Shown here: piece by piece, positions 1 through 11,789 of the stretch
Numbering within the stretch: position 1 is the stretch's first letter
How the letters are laid out: each line of letters begins with the position of its first letter
Source of the DNA: Spirogloea muscicola
Taxonomy: Eukaryota
Length of the DNA: 64,000 nucleotides
NCBI GenBank assembly: GCA_009602725.1
Contig: WELB01000014.1
Span: 313,593-377,592, forward strand
Direction of reading: 5' to 3'
Program-made: the position numbers and the translations under genes
The notes under the pieces: model-generated
Databases searched by the model: none
Seen by the model: the letters and a program-made list of their open reading frames with translations, nothing else
Told to the model about the DNA's origin: nothing

Positions 1-485
1 CCTCCGCGGCCTCCGGGTCTCGGCGGAGTGCCTCCTTCCCTGCCTCGAGCTACTCGGACCTGATGTTGCTCACTCGCGGGTACTGAGCTTCCCTAGTCTG
101 TTGTCGTGATTGGTAGAGTAGAGGAGTCCTTCCTCGGCATCTCATTCTTCGGCTTTGGACATTGTCCATTCTTTCTGGGCTGGCTTTGCCAGCCCCTCTT
201 TCTCTATGGGCGAGCCTTCTTCTTTGGCCCCCCTCTCAAGTCATGCGCACAGCGCGCCTCCTCTTCTCTGTTTTGCCTCTTGGCCTCCCTTCCACTTCAC
301 GCGCGCTTTTGCACTTTTTGAAACCACCGCCTGCTCGTGGGAGCTCCCATCTTCACACGTCACCTTATTAGCCACCGTAGCCTATGGCTTCGGTTGATCT
401 AGCCCCACTCTCTGCACTAGCTTTTGCGTCAACAGTGCATTGGCTCAATGTCGACCACCCTTTCGTGTCATCGCACCGCGCGCTC
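1..485. repeat. Dispersed repeat family copy (modular) upstream of the GXM-like gene
   Basis: 155-220 matches 13632-13700; 360-485 matches 12215-12335; contains module copies at 224, 280 and 451. Confidence 0.75.
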
Positions 486-719
486 CAATGTCATTCGCTC
501 CGTACTTGAAGCGCCGCGCCCCGCCCCAACGGAGCCCGCCGCAGTCGGCACTCGCCCTGGCCGCTTAGTCGCCCGCCGCGCCGCCAAGACCGCCGCCGCC
601 GCCGCCTCGGCAGACCGCCGCCGCCCTCCTCCGTGCTGCGCGCCTCTCGAGGTCGCTCTGCGGTGACCACTCGCAGCCACGATATCGGCGCAGCCAGCTG
701 GCCTGGCCTCCACATACAC

Positions 720-2615
720 ATGGCCGCGCCGATGAAAAGCCCACGTAGCATAGGCCTCTACCTCTGCCAGGCGTTCCCTTCGGCGTGCCTTCTGAGCTTG
801 TGAGTGGCCTACTAGCTGGACGCAACATCACCGTGAGTTGCTGCTAATCTGACAGGCGCGTGCTCCATCGAGCGGAGTGCTGCTTCTGTGCGCCCGGCGC
901 CTTGAGTGTTGAGAGCAGGGCCAGCGAGCTTCAACGACTGACCCACTAATCGACATCATGCATGCCTCATGTATGTTTGCACCGACGCTAATGCAGGGTG
1001 GTGTGCATCTTCCTGAACGGCGCTTCTATCAGCAGCCATATCTGCAAGCCCAACCAGCCACTCAAGGTCAACGTCACAGAGTAGGACATCCTCTCCTTCA
1101 CATCCTGCACACTCTTGTCCGTTATGCCTCAATCTGTCAGTGATCCAACGGCACTGAGTGCTAGCTCATACTGAGCCTTTTCGGGCACCTAATATGCTCT
1201 GGTGCTCTCTATACTGTTCGTGAGCAGTCACAATTGGCTTCCTGGAAGCCTTACAGGGCTTCTCCTGTTCTGGCTTGTAGCACCCATCTGGCTTTACACC
1301 ATCATCCTGCCTCCTTCAGGTTGCAAGACAAAGCGGCTAGAGAGACTGGCATCCATGAGCAAGCTGCATGGGCTCTTCTCCACTATGCAACAACTAACAG
1401 CACACCTCAACAGACTATGGTGCGGGCCTCCTTTAGCGAGCTGGTTGGGCACGGCGTGTCTATGAGCTCGATACATGCTCATGGCTGTCAGTCATCAAAC
1501 ACTGCAGCATGCTTTATGTGCTGACTTATTGTCATTACCAAACACTGACCTAGCCAGGTTGCTTTGTGTGTGCTTGCTTAAGGCAGAAATCCTGATCACG
1601 CTCAACATACTTCGGCAGCGGGGACCATGCAATATGCTTGTCTTTGGATTGGGCATGGACAGCCCTATGTGGGCAACCCTGAATGCGGGTGGTCGCACAG
1701 TCTTCTTGGAAGACAATGTGGATTGGCTCGTTAGTACTGACCAGGTAATAGTTGAGCACAGATCGCCTATGCTTGAGTCCCGCTGCCTGTAGTATCTGGT
1801 AGATTATCAAGCATTTGTGGAGACCATTTTAGCAGATCTAAGTGACTGAATCTCTAGCTTCGGTCACAGCGGATGACGCAGTTCAACATTCGCCTGGAAA
1901 TGTACCACGCTACTTACCCAACAAAACTTCGACAAGCGCATCAGCTGATGGGCTATGCAAAGGGATCAACAACTGGAGACTGTAGGCCTCATCAGGATGT
2001 GCAGTCAAGCAAGTGCCGCCTAGCCTTGACTCAGCTTCCCGAGTAAGTAAACCATCTCATAAGACGCCAGGCACATACGCTCGGGCCCCGATTCATGCAT
2101 TCTTCCCCACTATTTGACATGACGTGGCATCCACTTCTTCACTGATGGGATTCTTGTGATCAAGGCTCTCATTCTAAACGTCCTCGTAATGTTGGCCTTG
2201 GCTGGTCACAGTAGTTACATCAAAAACCCCTTTGCACCTCGTCATTGCTGTGACAATTGGAGTGCATTTGTGCAGGCAACTGTATGCTGTGGACTGGGAT
2301 GTCATTATGGTGGATGCTCCTGTGGGGTTCCTGAGGCAGAGTCCTGGGCGCATGAGTGCCATCTTCACAGCTGCGCTATTTGCCCGCAATCGACGGTCTC
2401 CTGGTGCAGTCGACGTTCTGGTGCACGACATGAATAGGAGGATTGAGCAGGAATGGAGCAGCGAATTTCTTTGCCCTCAGAATAAAGTCGTCTGCCGTGG
2501 GCTACTCTGCCATTACCACATATCCGGAGATGACCGCAAGAGCAGCATGGAATTCTGCACACCACTGCAAACAAGGCTAGGACAATCTGTGCTTGCAGCA
2601 GCCCCCTTAAGCTGA
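720..2615 (+). CDS. DUF579 glucuronoxylan/arabinogalactan 4-O-methyltransferase (GXM/AGM-type), 6 exons, type II membrane anchor
   Basis: Exons ~720-799, 997-1066, 1320-1419, 1583-1729, 1870-2042, 2276-2615 with GT-AG ends. N-terminal anchor IGLYLCQAFPSACLLSLVVCIF. Motifs ALLHYATTNSTPQQT, PCNMLVFGLGMDSPMWATLNAGGRTVFLED, WDVIMVDAPVGF, PGRMSAIFTA and DVLVHDMNR resemble GXM/AGM rather than IRX15. Confidence 0.9.
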
Positions 2616-3473
2616 GCATGTCTGAGCCAAGAGACAGACCATTTTGACGACTTGCTGCATACTTGTGCTTGTCAAAGTGGCAGTGTTCGTTCTCAACGGA
2701 GAGTAGGCAGGAGCTCGTGTGGAGGGGGAGTGGGGTGGTGGGGCAGGGGGCCGCCTTGGGCCCCAGCACTGCCGCTGCCCTCACAGCCACTGCCCTCTCC
2801 TGGAAGCGTCGTTTCCTCTTGGGCTGGCGCAAGACTTGTGGAGCAGATGAGTGGTTGCTGGAATTCAGGCCAAGGAGCACTCTATAGCGACACTCCAGAA
2901 TGTAGCTTAACAAGCCGCCCTTGACGAGCCTCTTCAACCAGCCTTTGACCTCAACCAAACCGGTTGGCTACTTTCTCCGCCGCTCTTCATCTCAAGAGAT
3001 AGAGCGAGGTTGCTTCACACTTCTTCTGGCTCTTGTGTCTAGCCGCATGGCAGAAACTGGCAGGCCGACGGGATTGCCACCTGAGCACCCGCGAAGCTCT
3101 GTGGGAGAAACAGCTCTTTCAAGTTACGGCAATGGCTTTGAAAGGCCAGCCAGCGTGCTGGTCGTGCATTAGCCCAGGCTAGTGGCTTCCGTGGTGGTGG
3201 TTTGGCTCCTCAGTATAGCTTGTCAAATATGCATGTGCTTACTGTACTCGGGGATATTAGTGTCCCCCTTAGCCAGCTCATTACCCAGTTAACAGGGCAT
3301 TTGTAACGCTAGAATTGGCCTCCCTTTCAATTTCATGCGCACCGCGCGTTTCTGCCTGAACAATGTGTTGGCTTGAATTGGCCACCCTTCTCATTTCATG
3401 CGCACCGCGCGCCTTGCACCTAGTCAGCTAGCACTCGGCGCACTCGGCCGGCAAGGCCGACGGCCCCCCGGCC

Positions 3474-5680
3474 ATGGCGGCCCCGCCGGCAGCCCCGCCC
3501 CCCGCATGGCGGCCGCTGCGCGCCGGCGGCCGCGCCCGGGCTGCGGCGCTGCTAGATCGGAAGAGCGTCGNCGGCGGCGGCGTGGCGCACCGCGACGCCG
3601 CCGCCGCTGCCGCGCGTCGCCCGGGCGTACGAGGCGACGCCGTCCGACCGGGACCGCATCCCCGTCGTGTACGGCCCCCAGGTGAGTGGCCCGAGGCAGC
3701 AGCTCGGTAAGACCTTCCTTTGCAGCATGCGAGGACTCGCGTTCGATTCTCGCCGCCGGGCTGAGCCGGTGCGCGGCCCGTTTCCTGCGAGGTGCGGCCT
3801 GCAGTTCGGGCGCGTGGCCATCTGCCTCGTCGGCGGCGCGCGCATGTTCGAGCTCACCGGCCACAGCATCCTGCGCCACGTCCTGACGGCCTTTGAGGCC
3901 GCCGACGCCTTCGTGCACGTCCCGGTGGACGAGAATGCCCACAAGATGACTATTTTGCTCAACGCCACCAACGTGGTGTCCCTCAGGCTGTTCGCGCAGA
4001 CCCCCATCAAGATGCGCGGCGCCCGGCAGACCGTCCTCCTGCCCCAGGACTCTCCGCAGGGCGTGCAGGTAGTGCGAGCGCAGGAGCAACTGCGACGCAT
4101 CGCCTCTGACCATGCCATGCTTCTGGGCTACCCACGGCCTGGCTGAGGGAGACGCAAGCCTTCTTTCTCATTGCTTACGATGGGGGGGGGAGGGGGGCGC
4201 CGTTTCGCAACAGGGCCTGCTGCAGTACTTCAATCTCGTGGAGGGCTGCCTCAAGCTCATCCAGGACCGGGAGGCGGCAGCTGGCGTGAAGTACGGCTGG
4301 ATCCTGCGCACGCGCGTGGACACCTTCTGGACGGGCCCGCCCCACACGCTGGCCACCTACAACCCCCGCCGTTATACCGTGCCCTTTGGCTGCGAGTATG
4401 GCGGCTTGAACGACCGCTTTGGCATGGGCGACATGGTATACAGTACTGTGGCGCTGCGGCGGCTCAGCTTGCTAAACCAGCTGCACAAGGCTGGCTACCG
4501 CGGCCTCAACTCAGAGCGCGCATTCCAGGCGCAGATGTCTTTGAACAACGTTCCAGTGGGCCGAATCAGCCTGCCGTTCTGTGTGCTGAGCACCCGCAAG
4601 TACAGCTGGCCGCTGCGCCCCAAGGGCGTGCAGGTCGTGGCACTCAGCAGCCGAGGCTTCATGAACGGCGCCAAGTGCCGCCCGTGCACGCCAGCGGCGA
4701 CCGGCAGCAGGGCGCTGGAGTTGGTGCGTGCTGTGGACCCTGGGTGGAATAGCACTGGCCATGGTGTGGAGCTGTGCAATGCTCAGCAGGAGTGGGAGCC
4801 CGGCTGGGAGGACATCTTCGACCGCACTGCCGGGCCGGAGGGAGCAGCGGTCCGCAAAAGCTTGTTGGGCCGGGGCTATGGCCGCTGTGTAGCGGAGATG
4901 GTGGAGATGCAAGCCAAAGTTGCGGTGTACACTGGCCCTACGCCAGAGTTGCTGTGCCTGCTCAGCCAGCTCGGTGCTCCCGCTATGCTGGGGCTTGAGA
5001 ATGCCCAGTGGCCAGTCTTCCTCGGCGGGCTTCACAAGGACAGCATCGTATACTCGGGCGGCATTAACAAGGACGTGTCGTGGGAAAAGGGCGTGGTGGA
5101 GCAGTGCGGGGGCTGCACCGTGCACACGTATGATGCCACGCCCTTTGGCGCGCCATGGGCGCGGGAGCCAGTCACTGCCATCCTGCTGCCGCTGGGCATC
5201 GAGATCCACAACATCTGCCTGGCGAGCCACGTGGGGAATGCATCTGTGCGGTCAATCCATTGGCCCAACCAGCCTGCTGGCAGCTTCACGGTACTGCCAG
5301 CCATTCCCAAGCCGTACACGCTCGGCAAGCCGGTTGTGGTGCCCACGACGACGCTGGCAGGCGCCATGGCCATCCTGGGGCACGAGCACATTGACGTGCT
5401 GAAGCTCTTCCTGGAGGGTATGGAGGTGCGCGTAATCGAAGCATGGAGCAGCCTGAAGCAGCCGCCGCCTGTGTGTCAGCTCCTGCTCGCCTTCGCAACA
5501 CGTTGGCTCGGCACAGAGGCCGACGTCCTTCAGGCTTTGGCTGTGGAGTCGTTGAGAAGAATGGGGCTGGAGCTTGTGACGTGTGTGCGGCTCCCAGAGA
5601 GTGCCGCTTCCACGAAGTGCGTATTCCTTTCTCCAGCAAAGTGCAAGCAGGGCATGTTCAAGCACATTATGCAGAGCTGA
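3474..5680 (+). CDS. Conserved plant protein of unknown function (recalled as DUF7796-like) fused to a C-terminal METTL24/FkbM-like methyltransferase domain
   Basis: Motifs RVAICLVGGARMFELTG, GLLQYFNLVEGC, WILRTRVDTFW, YGGLNDRFGMG, NSERAF, MNGAKCRPC. C-terminal IVYSGGINKDVSWE...CTVHTYD...LGHEHIDVLKLFLEGME. Probable introns 3682-3804 and 4069-4213. Start uncertain because of the N at 3571. Confidence 0.8.
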
Positions 5681-7365
5681 CAACATCCTGTAACCACTCA
5701 TGTAGACATCATGCATGGCATGGCTGCTCACATTCCTGTATTTGTACTAGTTAGCTCCATCCTCCTCATTCTTTATACGCACAATGCGTAACAATCCGAA
5801 GCGTGACTGGAGCTCTGTATTATGAGCCCTATGGTCGGTCGGCCCTGTTGGTTGCAGCATCATGTGGCCATCCACAACTGATTAGTTGTTCCTCAGATTC
5901 CAGTGTTCTATGCCCCTTCTCAGATGCTCGTAGAATTGTTGTGGGCCTGAAGTAACTCTCAGCTAGCTATGTCCTTGTAATCACAAGATACCTTGGGTAG
6001 GCCATAAGCTAAAAGTTAAATAAGAATGAGGAAACGACACCCATGATGAGCTCGGCTCAGCACATGTACATATAGAGCCGCCAAAGTGTATTGAATAAGG
6101 ATCGCCAAGCCTAAGGATGGGAGTGTCGCAAGGCAAAGGTCGGGGCCGAGGCACCCAACCGGCCAAAAGGCAGTAAGCGAGCCAACGGATACAAAATGCA
6201 AAAGCGCCAGGGGGTGGGGAATTGCCTGCTTCTCTCCCCAGCGCGCCACGAGACCAGACCCTAGTAAGCTATCGAAGTTTCGGCGAAGCCCTGTCTCCGA
6301 CTTTATCGCATAACAGAGCGTCCGGCCACATGCTACAAAGCCTTCACAGAACATCCACCCATGGCCGCCACCTCCACTGCTGGAGGAGGTGCCAATCCTG
6401 GAAAAATGGTTTCTGAGAAGAAACATTGGGCACCCGAGATAGTCCTCAAGAGAAACACCCCAAACTCCCGTCAACGGCCTACCAATTAATAATTACCACA
6501 AATGGTGTACCACAATGAAGTCATGACGTATGTTGTGCCTTTGTCGCCGTCGCACGCCGTTATACAAGGTTGCGCCTTCGTCGATGTTGCGCGTCATCCT
6601 TCGCCCAACTGGTGAGATGGCTAGCCTCCCCAGTACCTCCCAGCTGTCTTTCCTGCATTGACATTCCGGCCATGTAACTTTTTACACGAAGTGTGTCAGG
6701 ATATCTGTTACGCGTCTGTAAAGGAAGCAGATAACTTTAAGCAACGTGAATGGTCGCCTCTGGGCAAGTTTGTACGAGACATTTTTAAAAAATGTCACTT
6801 GCTGTCTGTGCATCAGCAGTGGTATATACAACTTGGCAAGAACTCTGTGCCACCTTACTTGAACACATATGAATGAGACGGCCAACTCCATCTTCTGAAG
6901 GGAGCGCTTGCTCCTACTGTGTTGAAGCAACTTGCAAGCATTTGAATATGCCATACCCTGCGGCATAAGTGTCAGATTAGGATTCGACGACTTGTGAATC
7001 TTTGTCCCTCTGTGATCAATATCCTAAGATCCATCATGATGTGGACATGGAGATAGGAGGCAATACAAGCACAATGCCGTTGCATTGTCCATAGTATTTA
7101 CTTAATTGCAGGTCACTTCCTTCAAACAATCTAGTTTGAAGGGCATGACGATCTAGTCAACAGCAACTGTCTTGATCTGGCAGCAGCCAGGCTTGGCCCT
7201 AAGTAGTGCTACAATCATCATCGGAAACGAACAGCATAAGGAGCACTGCGTCTGCAGCTTCAACTATTGAGTGGAAGGCACTAAATCTTTGGCCTACTTC
7301 CTGCATCTAGGATCTGCTTCACAATTTGAAGAAGCAAATTATGAGAATTCAAGTCCTATGTCAAG

Positions 7366-10300
7366 CTACTTTGTGATATCGATGAACATGGCACGTGCCC
7401 AGTGCTCCACATTCTCTTCCTCAGAAGGAGGAGGTGGTAGGTAGGGGGACTCAATCAAGTCCCAGCCTTCGAAGTGGGTCTCCTCTTGGCACCTGGCCGC
7501 CTCAGCCTGCTTCCAAGCTTCATAAGCGACATCCTTTTGTCGCTTGAGCTCTTCAGCATGGCTTTTGCTCGTTCTCTTGTGATCATCAACTCCTTGCTGA
7601 TGGTCGGCTCTGGCACGAGGTGTACTGCTATCGAGCATCTGCACCCTTGGCTGCAGACTCAGGAGATTGTGTCATAGAGGGGAGCCATCATCCTCTGATA
7701 GGTGAGTAATCTCACAGAGAAGCGGCATGGCAAGCACAGAGCATGTGTTTGGATCAAGCTAAACTACAGCAGCACGCCATGCACAGGTTCAGAGCGAAAA
7801 AAGTTAGTCCACCAAACAAAGCTGCTAAAGCAAGTGTAATTAGTGGACGATGCAAAAGCCTGGGTTGGAAAGCTGACCTTAACATTCAGATCCCTGTGAA
7901 CTTGTTTCTGGAAGAGTGCGTCTGAGAGAGTGTCTGAATACCTCCTGCTTTGACTTGCAGATCCTTGCCTGAAACAAGAGAAGGTGGGTCAGCACAGTGG
8001 TCTTGCAAGCTAGGCTGCTGACAGCGAGAATCACGGTACACACTTTTGTGGATGTTGTAGTAGAAGCATGCAGCATACCAATTGCATCCGGATAATTCCT
8101 TGACACCTATAACAAGCTTCAGCTCTTGCTTGGTGCGAGAATGAAATGGATACTGGGCGATGCAGATATTTAAATGCAGCTTCACCTCTCTTGATTAGAT
8201 AACAAATGCGTGTGATCAGAGAGGACATGGACCAGGCCCGCAAAGGTAGCAAATTGAGTGAAACTTTGATGTCTGCTGGTGGAAGTGTCCTTGAGGTATG
8301 CGCAAAGGCAGGCCACACTTCTTCTTAAGAGCAGTATACCCTTCCTGCAGCCCCTCCGTGTGCTTCCGGGATGTGCAACTTCCTCTACTTGCACTGGGGA
8401 TGTTGGGGTTGTTGGGGAATTTTCAGCTGGAGCCTCAATCAACTGCTGCCTGGAAAGGAAGAGAGGGTATGGGGAACTGGCAAGGCACACGTTCACTGTT
8501 AGCAAGCAGCAACTAAGGCTTGCAGGCATACAATGTTCACATTTGAGCATTGCCCCACCTGCAAGTCTTAGAAGTTGCAGAAAGTTACACTTTCCACGCT
8601 GTTACAGAAAACATCAGCGTGGAAAGTGTAACTTTACAGCAAAAGCCTCATGTGCTTGGACTGTGTCATGTTCCAGAGACAGGCACGCTGGGAGGTCGTC
8701 ATGTGAATGACTGACTTAGAAGCAGCCGGCTGACTATCCAGGTAGGAAGCCCGCTGCCATATCTTGGATGAAGAAGCCTGATATGCACAACAAAGCAATC
8801 AGGATTCAGATCGTCTTCAAGCAGGGACTGCAGCAAGCAAGGTGAGTACGACCTGCGCCTGACCCAAGACTAGCGTGAGGTGCGTCTCCATCTCAGTAGC
8901 AGCAATTGCTTGGTGAGCCTCAGAAGCCATCCATGTGGACTGTTACCCCCTTGTGTCAATGCATGCCCTGCACCAATAAGAGAATGGGTTGTGACTTACT
9001 GCAAAGCTTGCACAGTGCAGAAGTGGGCTTGATAAATACGCTGCCAAAATGTCAACAAAATGAAGGAGATACCTGCTTACAAGCAGTCAGGGTCGTCAGT
9101 CTCAAGATCTGTACATGAACCTCTGTACATGGAGCCCCCGGTATTGACATGTCCAACATTCATGGCAGCTGCATGTAGGTAGGGGCTGAGAAGTACCCAA
9201 GAGCTACAGCAAGCTCTGCTGGTGGTAGAAGAAGAGGGTTGTCGTCCTCGGGAAGACGAAAACCACATACACGTACGACTTGGGTCACCCGCTCTGAGCC
9301 ATCCCATATGTCTGGCGATTCCACAACAGCCTGTCACAAGACACGAGGCAGTCTAAGATGCTTCACCTGTCTGCTACATTTTGCAGTACAGTCTGATCAT
9401 GACATAAGGCTTGTGCACGCTCCCTCCCGTGATGTGATATGATGCACAGGCTTATATTCTTCTTACAGATGCATAGTAGCTAATCAGGCAAGTCTCTTCC
9501 TCTGCAACTTGCAACCTTCTGGACAGCTACTGTCAAGAATCAAAGACCGCAACCTGGACCCAAAAGCAATCCCGGATGACTAATTTACGGGATCATCCAT
9601 GACAAGCTCAACGATCTCAGCATTTCATAACGTATTATGAAGGAGGACACGTGCTAAGTGAAATATGTCTGAGAAGGACAACGCTGGATACCGATTGCAG
9701 TGGAAGAACGACACGGAGCTGGCGCACAAATAATTGCCTCTGACGATGGAGCTCCGACAAGATATTACTCTGCAACATGTCAGAAGGGACAATGTGATCA
9801 GGCAACCTCCAGGCAACCTTGGAGATGGAAGTATCAAGCCTGGTGATGGAAAAGTTGCATGTACAAGCAAGACCATTTTAACAGCTTCACAAAGGAGAAA
9901 CGCAAGAGGCTGAGAGAAGATATGCGAAGAGTTGCAGCTAAGTGCAATTTCATTACGCTGCTAAGTAACTGAGCTTGAAGAAGGTCGGGAAAGTGATGCA
10001 CAAGAAGCTCATCCTTTGTGGAAGTCAGCTGCATATTGCGCATAAGAGGATAAAAACACATTAGATGAGTATACATGATTGCACGCTATCTGCAGTCCTC
10101 AAAAGTAGTCAGCAATTTCTGTGCAATGTGAGCTACCTGGACCTTTAGAAAGCTTCTAAGAGCAGCTCGGCTCTTCGTCAACACTAATTGGTTGCTCAGG
10201 TTTTATTTCATACTGTGGCCATGGACCGCGAGGCAATGACACCTGGACTTTACTGGACTATACTGGAGATCTTAATTGTCAGATTGGACAATATACTGTT

Positions 10301-11424
10301 CAGGACAGCAGAGGGAGATCATTGGTGAGAACAGATGATAGGCTGCCTTACCACTGGCCATTATGCTGCTCTGCTCTGCTTTTGAGGGCATCAACACATA
10401 AATGGTGCTCACCTTGTCCTTGGCAGCTGCCACTTCCGTGGCCCGCACAGGCACGCTTCTTACTAAGCCGTCAAGCTTCTCCACAACTGTTGACATGCCA
10501 AGGGAAAATGACAAAGGGGTCTGCAAAGCAAAGCATGCAGTAGGATAGTAGGCAAACCCCTGGTCATCAAGTAAATGTTGGAGATGCTGCTGCAGATGGT
10601 CTCTGACAAGTCTCCTTCAATGCCTACTTGTCCGATGACTAGTTGGATGTCTGTCATGCATATCCAGCTCTGCACAGAAGTGCCTGGCGAGGACAGAAGC
10701 AAGCCTTCTGCAATCAGAATCTCACTGCGGGGCTGTCCGCGATACTGACCTCTAATGAGGGCTCTTTGAGCTTCCTTGATCCTTATTCGCAGATGTGCCC
10801 TCCGTTCAGCAGCTTCATCCCTCCATCTCCAGTGCATGAGAAAGGCATCCTGTTACCAGAGGCAAATAGAGGACGCAGAGACACATCTGCTCAGTGGCTA
10901 ACATGGCGAATTGGAACCTGCTTGCAGGACTAAGCAGGAGCGGTGTTTACACTATGTATACTCACAACAGGGCTTCACATTGAATTCTTTGGAAGCCTTA
11001 TATTGGCATAGAGATATCTGTCAGTTATCTCAACAGATGTGTGTCTACACCTTTTCTCCCAGGCGCGCCTGTGTAGAGTCTCTCAGTCGATCCCGCTCCT
11101 GGATGCGCTGGCTCAGCACTCGCTGCCTCTCCTTGACACTGCGAACACTTGGCTCATTGCTATGCTTCAGGCTGACAACAGTAAGCAAATTGATAACGAT
11201 GACCTCAGGCGCCATGAACGAAAGTTCAGATTGCGTAAGTCACAAACCTTCCAATAGAAGCGGTGCAGTTCAGACAACAGGCTGGGACCTAGTAATGTAA
11301 GCGGACATGACAAATTCGACTGTGTGTCGACGCGGGCTCGTAGAACCTACTTTCCTCTGATGCACGAGGAGCAGACGAACTCTTGGTTGCTGCGCTCGCA
11401 GGCGGCACAGGCGATGGCTCCCAT
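7366..11424 (-). CDS. ATG14: Autophagy-related protein 14 (PI3K complex I subunit), multi-exon
   Basis: N-terminal MGAIACAACERSNQEFVCSSCI (CxxC..CxxC); coiled-coil exons (ERQRVLSQRIQERDRLR; WRWRDEAAERRAHLRIRIKEAQ); VCGFRLPEDDNPLLLPPAELAVALG; YPLFLSRQ; C-terminal GWDLIESPYLPPPPSEEENVEHWARAMFID matches the plant ATG14 tail as I recall it. Confidence 0.88.
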
Positions 11425-11789
11425 CGCAACCGGCCCTGCATCGGCCAGCCGAGCCTGGCCGGCGTCCTACATGGAAAGGCTTCAGCGCCGTCTAGCACGG
11501 CAGTGCTTCGTGCTGCAGGAGAGGCTCAAGGCGTCGATTTGGGGCGGTGTGGCGGCCCCGGCGAGCTGCGCCGCGGGGCGCGCGGAGGGCCAGAGGCAGG
11601 CAGGCGACGGCACGCCAGTGGAGGCAAGGGCAACCCGTCAGTCGCCGACACTGACGGCGGCCGGGGATAGGGGTATCGAGAGCGAAGCCCGCTAGCCAAC
11701 CCCACGCCTTGACCATTGTCCCATTTCTTTGGCTTTTTTTGGGCTTTTGGCTCATTCACAGCCCTTGCTTGCCTGATATGTACGCTTCA

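Noticed and set aside
6161..6171. GCCTTTTGGC (minus strand) resembling U2 snRNA stem I
   Set aside because: No GTAGTA branch-pairing sequence or Sm site follows.
6853..6865. CCTTACTTGAACA resembling the plant U3 snoRNA 5' end
   Set aside because: The match stops at 13 nt, and no box A continuation or B/C boxes follow.
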